Shown here: in pieces, positions 1 to 7,550 of the stretch
How the letters are laid out: each line of letters starts with the position of its first letter
Numbering within the stretch: position 1 is the stretch's first letter
NCBI GenBank assembly: GCA_046331705.1
Contig: JAXLQJ010000011.1
Location: 117,425 to 181,424 of the forward strand
Direction of reading: 5' to 3'
Length of the DNA stretch: 64,000 nt
Source of the DNA: a bacterium
GTDB lineage: Bacteria > JADJOY01
Program-made: the position numbers and the translations under genes
Notes under the pieces: generated by a model
Told to the model about the DNA's origin: nothing
The model's database searches: none
What the model saw: the letters and a program-made list of their open reading frames with translations, nothing else

Positions 1-1
1 C

Positions 2-2494
2 GGCGAGTGGCTGGTCGATCGTCACCGGGGGCCGGGGGGACGCGGCTTCGCGCTCACCAACCACTTCGGACGCGCCGCGTTCTACGTGAATCGCGACGAC
101 GAGACCCTGCGCTCGACGTCGCGCATCGACGATGGCGAGTGGCATCACCTGGCGGTCACCCGCCGTGCCCGCGACGGCGCGCGTCGCCTCTACGTCGACG
201 GCAAGCTGGAAGCGGAGGCGAAGAGCGGGTCCACGGACACGATCTTCACGCGCCCGTCGCTCTACCTGGGCTCGAGCTCGGGGGTATCGCAGTTCGCGCG
301 CGGCGAGCTGCGCGACGTGCGCGTCTATGCCCGCGTGCTCGATCGCGACGAGGTGGCCTCCGTGCTGGCCGGCCGCGCCGAGCCTGGCGAGCCGCTGGCG
401 GTGTCGCTCGCGAGCGCCGCCGCCAGCGTGGTGGGAGGCGAGGCGCGCTTCGCGGTCGCGGTGAGCGGCGCACGAAAGCCGCGCATCGCGTGGGATTTCG
501 GCGATGGAAGCGCGCCCACCGAGGCGCGCGCCGCCGACGCTGCGACCCATGCGTACGCGGCGCCCGGCCATTACGAGGTGGTGGCGACCGTCACGGACGG
601 CGCGCAAGAGACGCGTCTGACGTTCAACCACACCGTGCACCGCCCGCTGACGACGGAGCCGCCGCGCTCGTCTTCGACCATCGCCTACGACGCCGCGCGC
701 GAGCGTGTGTGGGTCGTGAACCCGGATCAGGACACGGTGACGCGAATCGACGTCGCGGGACACCCGGCGTTGCGCTTCGAGGCTGCGGTGGACCGGCACC
801 CGCGCACGCTCGCCGTGGCGGACGACGGCTCGGTGTGGGTCGCGTGCCAGGACGAGGATTCGGTCGTGGTGCTGGACGGGGAGAGCGGCGCGATTCGCGC
901 GCGGGTCGCGTTGCCGCGGGCGTCGCAGCCGTTCGGCATCGTCGCGGAGCCGGGCGGTGAGCGGTTCTGGGTCACGCTCTTCGCGACCGGCGAGCTCGTG
1001 GCGATCCGCGCCAGCGATCGTGCGATCGAGCGACGGGTGGCGGTCGGCCCGAAGGCGCGCGGTCTCGCGCTGAGCCCGGACCGCGGGCGCCTCTACGTCT
1101 CGCGATTCGTCTCGCCAGCGGAGCGAGGCGAGGTGAGCATCGTCGATGCGTCGAGCGTCGCCGTGGCCGATGTGATCGCCCTCGCCCCGGACACCCGCAC
1201 GGTGGACGCCGAGGATCGCGGCCGCGGCGTGCCGAACTACCTCGGAGCGCCCGTCATCACGCCCGACGGCGGCGAGTTGTGGGTGCCCTCCAAGCTCGAC
1301 AACGTCTTTCGCGGCCTCGCTCGCGACGGGCTCGCTCTCGAGCACGACAAGACGGTGCGCGCCGTCGCGTCGCGGGTCGATCTCGCCGCTGCGCGCGAGC
1401 TCGACGGCGGGAGGATCGACTTCAACGATCGCGCCATGCCGAGCGCGGTCGCGTTCACGCCGCTCGGCGACTACGCGTTCGTGGCGATGCAGGGCTCGTC
1501 CACGGTCGAGATCCGCGACGCGTACACGGGCTCCGCCGTCGGCGCGGTCGATCGCGTGGGCCGCGCGCCCCAGGGGCTCGTGCTCTCGCCCGACGGCACG
1601 CGGCTCTTCGTGCAAGGGTTCCTGTCGCGTTCGGTCACCGTGCACGACACGGCGGGCGTGCTGGTGGGCCGCGACCTGGCGCCGCGCTTGCTCGCGACCA
1701 TTCCCACCGTCGCCGGCGAGCGCCTCGCGGCCGACGTGCTCCGCGGCAAGCAGCTCTTCTACGAAGCGCGCGATCCGCGCCTCTCGCGCGACGGCTACAT
1801 CTCGTGCGCCGGCTGTCACCTCGACGGCGACGACGACGGCCGCGTGTGGGACTTCACCGATCGCGGCGAGGGTCTGCGCAACACGATCGCGCTCGTGGGC
1901 CGCGCCGGCACCGCGCACGGCCCCGTGCACTGGACCGGCAACTTCGACGAGATCCAGGATTTCGAGGGCGACATCCGCAACGCCTTCGGCGGCGCAGGGC
2001 TCATGAGCAACGACGACTTCCACGCGGGCAGCCGCAGCGCGCCGCTCGGCGATCCCAAGGCCGGAGTGAGCGCGGATCTCGACGCGCTCGCCGCCTACGT
2101 TCGCTCGCTCGACCGATTCCCGCGCAGTCCGTATCGCCAGCAGGATGGTCGCTTGACGAGCGACGCGACCGCGGGCCGCGCGATCTTCGAACGGCTGGAT
2201 TGCGGCCGTTGCCACGCGGGAGCCGAGCTGACGGACAGCGCACCGGGTGTCGCGCACGACGTCGGCACGTTGACGCAGGGCTCGGGCTCACGGCTCGGTG
2301 GGCCACTCACCGGCATCGACACGCCCACGTTGCGCGGAGTCTGGGACACTGCGCCCTATCTCCACGACGGCTCGGCGCCGACGCTGCGCGACGTGCTCAC
2401 CACGCGCAATCGCGATGGCCGTCACGGCGACGTCGCGTCGCTCACCGGCGCGGAGATCGATCAGCTCGCGCGCTACCTGCTGGAGATCGAGTGA
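2..2494 (+). CDS. Secreted multidomain protein, 5'-truncated by the window edge: LamG-like / PKD / YVTN-type beta-propeller / di-haem cytochrome c peroxidase-like C-terminus
   Basis: The frame is open from base 2 (no stop before the GTG at 86). 'GEWLVDRH..FALTNHF' runs into the LamG-like 'DDGEWHHLAVTR..RLYVDG..LYLGS'. PKD signature 'WDFGDGS..HAYAAPGHYEVVATVTDG'. Repeated 'P.G..SPDG..L(Y/F)V' propeller blades. Two CxxCH haem-c sites (CAGCH, CGRCH). Confidence 0.85.
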   Translation, partial: GEWLVDRHRGPGGRGFALTNHFGRAAFYVNRDDETLRSTSRIDDGEWHHLAVTRRARDGARRLYVDGKLEAEAKSGSTDTIFTRPSLYLGSSSGVSQFARGELRDVRVYARVLDRDEVASVLAGRAEPGEPLAVSLASAAASVVGGEARFAVAVSGARKPRIAWDFGDGSAPTEARAADAATHAYAAPGHYEVVATVTDGAQETRLTFNHTVHRPLTTEPPRSSSTIAYDAARERVWVVNPDQDTVTRIDVAGHPALRFEAAVDRHPRTLAVADDGSVWVACQDEDSVVVLDGESGAIRARVALPRASQPFGIVAEPGGERFWVTLFATGELVAIRASDRAIERRVAVGPKARGLALSPDRGRLYVSRFVSPAERGEVSIVDASSVAVADVIALAPDTRTVDAEDRGRGVPNYLGAPVITPDGGELWVPSKLDNVFRGLARDGLALEHDKTVRAVASRVDLAAARELDGGRIDFNDRAMPSAVAFTPLGDYAFVAMQGSSTVEIRDAYTGSAVGAVDRVGRAPQGLVLSPDGTRLFVQGFLSRSVTVHDTAGVLVGRDLAPRLLATIPTVAGERLAADVLRGKQLFYEARDPRLSRDGYISCAGCHLDGDDDGRVWDFTDRGEGLRNTIALVGRAGTAHGPVHWTGNFDEIQDFEGDIRNAFGGAGLMSNDDFHAGSRSAPLGDPKAGVSADLDALAAYVRSLDRFPRSPYRQQDGRLTSDATAGRAIFERLDCGRCHAGAELTDSAPGVAHDVGTLTQGSGSRLGGPLTGIDTPTLRGVWDTAPYLHDGSAPTLRDVLTTRNRDGRHGDVASLTGAEIDQLARYLLEIE

Positions 2495-3534
2495 CGCCGA
2501 GCGCACGCGTGGCGCGCGTCGCTCGTTGCGACCTGGCGCGGGCGCTGACGGTCGCCGTGGCGCTGCTCGCGGGCTGCGGCTCCTCGGGCAGCGAGGGTCC
2601 CTGCGCGGCACGGCCGAACGTCGGCTTCCGCGTGGTCGAGTACGCCGCCGGGCTCGAGGCGGCGGTGTGGTACCCGACGCGCGCGCCGGCTTTGCCGTTC
2701 GCGTATCCGGGCGCGGTGGGTCTCGTGGGCGAGATCGCCGAGAACGCGCCGATCGCGAGCTGCGGCGGTGGCGCGCCGCTGGTGCTCTTCTCCCACGGCG
2801 ACGGCGGCTGTGGCACCCAATCGATCTTCGTGACCGAGGAGCTGGCGCGTCAGGGATACGTCGTGGCCGCGCCCGATCACGCGGACGCGCTGTGCAGCGT
2901 CGACGGCGGACCCCATCGCGGTCCCGACGCGCCCGGTACGCCGCCGTTCTCGGAACCCGAGGAGTTCACCGATCAGGACTACGTCGGTCGTCGCGACGAC
3001 CTCGAAGCGCTGGCCGCGTTCGTGCTGAGCGCGTCGGATTTCCGTGCCGGCATCGACGCCGAGCGGTTCGCCGTCGTGGGCCATTCCCTCGGCGGCTACA
3101 CCGCCGCCGGCCTCGCGGGCGGCTGGGAGTCGTGGCGCGACTCGCGCTTCTCGGCGGCGTTGTTGCTGTCGCCGTACATCCAGCCGTACCTGGTTCACGA
3201 TCGGTTTGCGGCGATCGAGCTGCCGCTCATGTATCAGAGCGGCACCGCCGATCTCGGGATCCTGCCGTTCCTCGAGGGGCCATTCGGAGCGTACGCGCGC
3301 TCCCACGCGCCCAAGTTCCTGGTGGTGCATCGCGGCGCGGGCCACTTCGACTGGACCAACACCACGTGCGCGTCGTTCGCGTCCGTCGGCGAATGCCTGA
3401 GCGGGAACGTCGTCGCGCGCTCGATCGTCGACTACGGAAGCGCCTTCCTCGATCGCTATCTGCGCGGTTCCGTGTCACCGCTGCTCGACGGGGACGGCGC
3501 GGATCTCGCGGAGTACCGCGCCGACCCGGGCTGA
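2491..3534 (+). CDS. Alpha/beta-hydrolase lipoprotein (PAF-acetylhydrolase / dienelactone-hydrolase-like)
   Basis: The GTG at 2491 overlaps the upstream stop (GTGA). Lipobox 'LLAGCGSS'. 'LVLFSHGDGG', nucleophile elbow 'VVGHSLGGYTA' and 'HRGAGHFDW'. This is the real C-terminal part of track ORF 1279..3534. Confidence 0.8.
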   Translation: MTPSARVARVARCDLARALTVAVALLAGCGSSGSEGPCAARPNVGFRVVEYAAGLEAAVWYPTRAPALPFAYPGAVGLVGEIAENAPIASCGGGAPLVLFSHGDGGCGTQSIFVTEELARQGYVVAAPDHADALCSVDGGPHRGPDAPGTPPFSEPEEFTDQDYVGRRDDLEALAAFVLSASDFRAGIDAERFAVVGHSLGGYTAAGLAGGWESWRDSRFSAALLLSPYIQPYLVHDRFAAIELPLMYQSGTADLGILPFLEGPFGAYARSHAPKFLVVHRGAGHFDWTNTTCASFASVGECLSGNVVARSIVDYGSAFLDRYLRGSVSPLLDGDGADLAEYRADPG

Positions 3535-3656
3535 TCCGGTTGGATCGGCCGCCGCCGGCTCACCCCGCGCCGCGCGGTCTGCGGAGACGATCCCGGCGCG
3601 CACGTCGGCGCTTTCTCGCGGATGCCGATCGCGCACCCCACGGCGTCCGCGCACGC

Positions 3657-5162
3657 TCACCGGTTGCGTCGTCGACGGCGCATCAGCACCAGCGCGGGGA
3701 TGGCGAATCCTGCGCCCGTGAACGACGCGCCGCATCCCGTCAGCTCGTATGCGCCGGCGTCGCAGTCACCGGTGGCGGGCGCGGGGCGGGCGATGCCGCG
3801 CTGGTCCGTCGCCAGGCAATTCCCCGCGAGTCCCGCGCCCACGGCGGGGCTCGAGGAGCTGAGGGAATGGGTCTTGGTGGAGCCGCCGTAGCTCCCGAGT
3901 GCCCCGAGACCGAGCGAGGCGACGCTCACCTGGTCCGACGGATCCGTGAGCAGGCAGGTGTTGCCCGGGCTCTCGACGTTTCCGCCGGCAGACGCCAGCG
4001 TGCTCGCGACGTTGAGGCAAGCGCCCTGCACGATGCTGTTGCCGAGCTTGGTCGACGAGGGGCCGAAGATGCCGCCGTTCTCGTTGTCGATCGCGAGCCC
4101 GCCGTTTTGAGCGATCGTGGAGTGCGTGACCGTCACGCCACCGGAAACCACCAGCATGCCGCGTCCGGTGTTGCCGCTGATCGTCGAGTTGAGGAGTTGA
4201 TACGCGCCGCGTGTCGGAACGAATCCATCGCCGAGGTTGCCCGAGATCGTCGTTCGCTCGACCGTGAGGCTCGAGCTGCACGACCAGCCGATGCAGCCCG
4301 ACGTCACGGCGCCGGCGTTGGTGGCGAGGGGGCCGTTTCCTTCGATGGTCGAGTCGGTGATGGTGCCGAACCCGCCGTTCATGACGCCGCCATTGGCGCA
4401 GGCGTTGTTGCGCACGGTGGCGCGTGTCACGGTGAGCGTCGATCCGAGGTTGGTGATGGCCGCCGTGCTCGGACAGGTGTTCCCCTCCACCAGGGTGTCG
4501 ATGACGCTGATCTCGGCGGCGTAGGTCTCGATGGCCGCGTTGCCGTTCAGCCGGAGCGTGGAAGAGGCGACCGAGGCGTAGGTGTTGGCGTAGATGCCGT
4601 AGCCCGAGTTGAGCTCGATCGTGGAGTTGGTGACCGTCAGATTGCCGGTCTGCTGGAGAATCCCTTCGGTCGTGCCGTGGCGGATCGTCACGCCGCTGAT
4701 CGAGACGTTGGTGGTCTCGAACGCGAGGGTGTGGAAGACGCGATCGAGGCCGTTGCCGTCGATGATGGTGGAGCTGGCACCTGCACCGAGGATCTGCGTC
4801 TCACCCAAGATGTCGAGGTCGCCGAGCTCGGCGATGTCGTCGCCCGAGCCGAGCGTCAGCGTGTAGGTGCCCGCGGGCACCGAGATGACGTCGATCGGCT
4901 TCGATCCCGCTGGGCAAGCATCCACGGCGACGTTGTTGTTCGCGGCGATGATGGCCTCGCGGAGCGAGCAGTTGCCGTTGGGCGGAGTCGACGAGTTCTC
5001 GTCGGCGGTGGTCGTGACGTTGATGTTGGTGGCGTGCGCGCTCGCCGTGGCCAGCGCCAAGGCGAGCGGCGCGAGGGCGAGCGCACGCCAGCGCGCGCTC
5101 GCCGCCGCACGGCGTGAGGTCGATCGGGTTCGTGGCACGACGAAATCGCGACGGCGTGTCAT
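3657..5162 (-). CDS. Secreted right-handed parallel beta-helix repeat protein with MYXO-CTERM-type sorting tail
   Basis: ATG at 5162 gives the signal peptide 'RWRALALAPLALALATASAHA'. 'NGNCSLREAIIAAN' motif (choice-of-anchor-Q / Pmp-like). Many 'ST(I/L)..N' beta-helix rungs. The C-terminus 'TGCGASFTGAGFAIPALVLMRRRRRNR' has the G-C + TM + RRR layout. Confidence 0.8.
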   Translation of the reverse strand: MTRRRDFVVPRTRSTSRRAAASARWRALALAPLALALATASAHATNINVTTTADENSSTPPNGNCSLREAIIAANNNVAVDACPAGSKPIDVISVPAGTYTLTLGSGDDIAELGDLDILGETQILGAGASSTIIDGNGLDRVFHTLAFETTNVSISGVTIRHGTTEGILQQTGNLTVTNSTIELNSGYGIYANTYASVASSTLRLNGNAAIETYAAEISVIDTLVEGNTCPSTAAITNLGSTLTVTRATVRNNACANGGVMNGGFGTITDSTIEGNGPLATNAGAVTSGCIGWSCSSSLTVERTTISGNLGDGFVPTRGAYQLLNSTISGNTGRGMLVVSGGVTVTHSTIAQNGGLAIDNENGGIFGPSSTKLGNSIVQGACLNVASTLASAGGNVESPGNTCLLTDPSDQVSVASLGLGALGSYGGSTKTHSLSSSSPAVGAGLAGNCLATDQRGIARPAPATGDCDAGAYELTGCGASFTGAGFAIPALVLMRRRRRNR

Positions 5163-5339
5163 GGGATCTCCGAAGCGTGACGCGGCGAGCGCGGCGCCGG
5201 CGGGTGTGTGTGGGTCGACGGTCGGCGAACGATCGATGCTACCGACTGTCCATCGGTCGCGCAACGAAATCGCGCGTGTCACCCGGAGCAGCCCGTACGC
5301 GGGCGGTGTCCAGCCGACATCGCCCGCCGACCGGGACGC

Positions 5340-5657
5340 TCAACCGCTGGTGACGAGCTCGGCGGGCAGTTCCACGGCCGCGTCACGGCCGACGACGGTG
5401 GTCCACTCGCGAACCCACCAGCGGCGCACCGCGCCGTTCAGCACGTAGGGGTCGGCTTTCGCGAAGCGCTCGGCGACGGCAGGCGAGTCACCGCTGAATA
5501 GCAGCAGCGCACCGTCGACGGGATTCGCGTACGCACCACCGAGGACCAGCTCGCCGCGAGCGACGGCGGCGCGCGCGTGGGCGAGGTGCTCCGCACGAAA
5601 CGGCGCTCGCCGCTCCGCGTAGTCCTCACCGCCCTCGTAGAAGAGTAGGTAGTGCAC
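5340..5657 (-). CDS. YciI-like (YCII domain) protein
   Basis: The GTG at 5657 gives 'VHYLLFYEGGEDY..RAPFRAEHLAHA..GELVLGGA', typical of the YciI family. It starts 17 nt after the SCP2 gene stop. The longer track ORF 5340..6050 is Arg-rich noise upstream. Confidence 0.7.
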   Translation of the reverse strand: MHYLLFYEGGEDYAERRAPFRAEHLAHARAAVARGELVLGGAYANPVDGALLLFSGDSPAVAERFAKADPYVLNGAVRRWWVREWTTVVGRDAAVELPAELVTSG

Positions 5658-5674
5658 GGGCGGGCGCGCGGCGT

Positions 5675-6343
5675 TCAGCCGGCCATCAGCAGCAGCCCGA
5701 CCTGCATGACCACGGCCATGTCGCCGGCGATTCGCATCTTGCCGCCCATGAAGGCGGCCTGCGGGTTGAGCTCGCCTTTCACGATCTTCTTGTAGTCGTC
5801 CTCGGCGCAGCTCACGGTGGCGTGGGGCTGGGCGGGCATGGGCGTGGTGCCGAACTTCACGGTGATCGCCCAGTCGCCCTCGGCGCCGCCGGTCATGACG
5901 AACTTGATGGTGCCCGCGAGCGTCTTGAGCTTTTCCACCTTCGACTTCGTGAGCGGCGCGGCACCGCTGCCGAGACCGGCGCTCAGGCCACCGCCCATGA
6001 CGGCGATCTGGCCCATCTTGTCGCCCACGGTCTTCATCGCGCGGCGCCAATCACCCACGTCTTGCACCACCGTGACGATCGGTTCGTGAACCGGGGTGTC
6101 GCTCGCCACCATCTGGCCATCGCGGACGTTCAGGTTCCAGGTGCCGCCGCCTTCGCCGGTGATCTGGACCTGCACGGTCATCTCGACGGCGCGCAGCGCG
6201 TCGAGCGAGGTCTGTAGCGCCTTGATGGCCTTCTCGACCTTGTCCACGCCCGAGTGGAACTGGCGCGGGACCGTGGTGCCGAAGAAGTCCGCGGGTTGCA
6301 CCTCGGCGGGCTGAGGGGCGGCTCCGGTGGTGGGCGGGGTCAT
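5675..6343 (-). CDS. SCP2 sterol-carrier-like domain protein (two SCP2-like halves)
   Basis: C-terminal 'ELNPQAAFMGGKMRIAGDMAVVMQVGLLL' is the classic SCP2 signature. GGAG lies 10 nt upstream of the ATG at 6343. Confidence 0.75.
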   Translation of the reverse strand: MTPPTTGAAPQPAEVQPADFFGTTVPRQFHSGVDKVEKAIKALQTSLDALRAVEMTVQVQITGEGGGTWNLNVRDGQMVASDTPVHEPIVTVVQDVGDWRRAMKTVGDKMGQIAVMGGGLSAGLGSGAAPLTKSKVEKLKTLAGTIKFVMTGGAEGDWAITVKFGTTPMPAQPHATVSCAEDDYKKIVKGELNPQAAFMGGKMRIAGDMAVVMQVGLLLMAG

Positions 6344-6404
6344 CGGCGGGTGCTCCTCGTGGACGGCGGGTGGGCGAAGAGGATCGGCGGGGCGAATCGT
6401 GCGG

Positions 6405-7550
6405 TCAAGGCAGGAATTTGTCGGCGTGCTTGAGCTTCGCGGGGAGGTACTCGTCGATCACGTAGTTGAGTCCCCACTTGGCGAGCGCCTGCTGCTCGGC
6501 GCGTACCCCGAGCTTGAGGAGCAGCTCGACCGCGTCGCGCCACGGCTTGTGGTTCTGGAAGAAGGGGTCGTTCTTGAGCGCGTCCTTCGCGCGCTTCACG
6601 TCCACGTCCTGCAACGGGTGCGTGGGCAGCTTGTAGTCCACGATGTCCTGCGGTGTGACGCCCAGGAAATGCGCCTGCGGCACGCAGAAGAACTGGCTCA
6701 GGTGGGCGGCATTGCCCGAGCCGACCTTGAGGCTGCGGTAGATGTTGGAGATCCCGTAGGGGTCGCAGTCGACGAATGCGTAGACCGGGATCTTCTTGTC
6801 GTCCGCCAGGCGACGGATGAAGCGCCGGCACGCGCGCGTGGGCACGCCGCCCATCGCGATCAGGATGCAGTTGGCGCTCTTCCAGAAGGTGTGGATGTGG
6901 AGGCGCTGGAACATGCCGGAGGTCTCGATCGCCAGGATGAACTTCGCGTTGGTCTTGAAGCCGAGGTGCTCGACGGAGTGGGGGATCGTGTACGAGCCGG
7001 TACCCTGGCGGGTGCAGTCGATCTCGATGACGTCGCCGGAGAGCGGGTCGCGATCCACGATCACCAGCTCGCCAGCCACGGCACCGCCGTGCTCCTCGGG
7101 ATAGAAGCGCAGCTGCTCGCGGCTCACGCCTTCGAGGCTCACCAGCGCCTCGATGTCGTCCATGATGGTGTCGGACTCGACCTGCTCGTCGAAACGCGCC
7201 TCACCCCAATTCTTGGACTGATAGTAGGCGTCTCGCTTGGTGGCGAAGTCGTCGCTCTCGATCAGCTCCTTCGAGAGCGCCATCATCTTGAGCGTCTGCG
7301 CGAACGTCTTGGCGGTGCCGACCGTGAGCTGGCGGCTCTTGCGCGCGCGACCCAGCTCGAAATAGCCCTGTTTCGGGTTGTACTTGACGTTGGAGAGATT
7401 GCGGGTGGGGAATGCCACGTTGGGCTTTCCGCCCTTGATGGCCACGCGGTGGATCTCGCCCGCCACGTTGCGGATGGCGTTGAGCGTCTCGGGATCCTTC
7501 TTGCCCGACAGCACCGAGTGGCGCGATTCGGTCTTGTCTTTCTTGCTCAC
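6405..7550 (-). CDS. top6A: DNA topoisomerase VI subunit A (Spo11/Top6A family)
   Basis: The GTG at 7550 overlaps the top6B stop (GTGA), with GGAG 10 nt upstream. 'KRDAYYQSKNW' (catalytic Tyr region), Toprim 'FILAIETSGMF' and 'FVDCDPYG'. At 381 aa it matches archaeal Top6A length. Confidence 0.9.
   Translation of the reverse strand: MSKKDKTESRHSVLSGKKDPETLNAIRNVAGEIHRVAIKGGKPNVAFPTRNLSNVKYNPKQGYFELGRARKSRQLTVGTAKTFAQTLKMMALSKELIESDDFATKRDAYYQSKNWGEARFDEQVESDTIMDDIEALVSLEGVSREQLRFYPEEHGGAVAGELVIVDRDPLSGDVIEIDCTRQGTGSYTIPHSVEHLGFKTNAKFILAIETSGMFQRLHIHTFWKSANCILIAMGGVPTRACRRFIRRLADDKKIPVYAFVDCDPYGISNIYRSLKVGSGNAAHLSQFFCVPQAHFLGVTPQDIVDYKLPTHPLQDVDVKRAKDALKNDPFFQNHKPWRDAVELLLKLGVRAEQQALAKWGLNYVIDEYLPAKLKHADKFLP

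Noticed and set aside
2298-5117. Very long ORFs in the track, such as 2298..5117 (939 aa), 20888..24406 (1172 aa), 24452..27403 (983 aa), 56775..59870 (1031 aa) and 53380..55509 (709 aa).
   Set aside because: They are Arg/Ala/Gly/Pro/His/Asp-rich and carry no recognisable motifs. They lie antisense to or out of frame with genes that have unmistakable family signatures (beta-helix protein, sulfatase-fold fusion, NPP, FtsH/HtrA, acyl-CoA dehydrogenase). Stop-poor alternative frames of this kind are the expected artefact in about 70% GC DNA.
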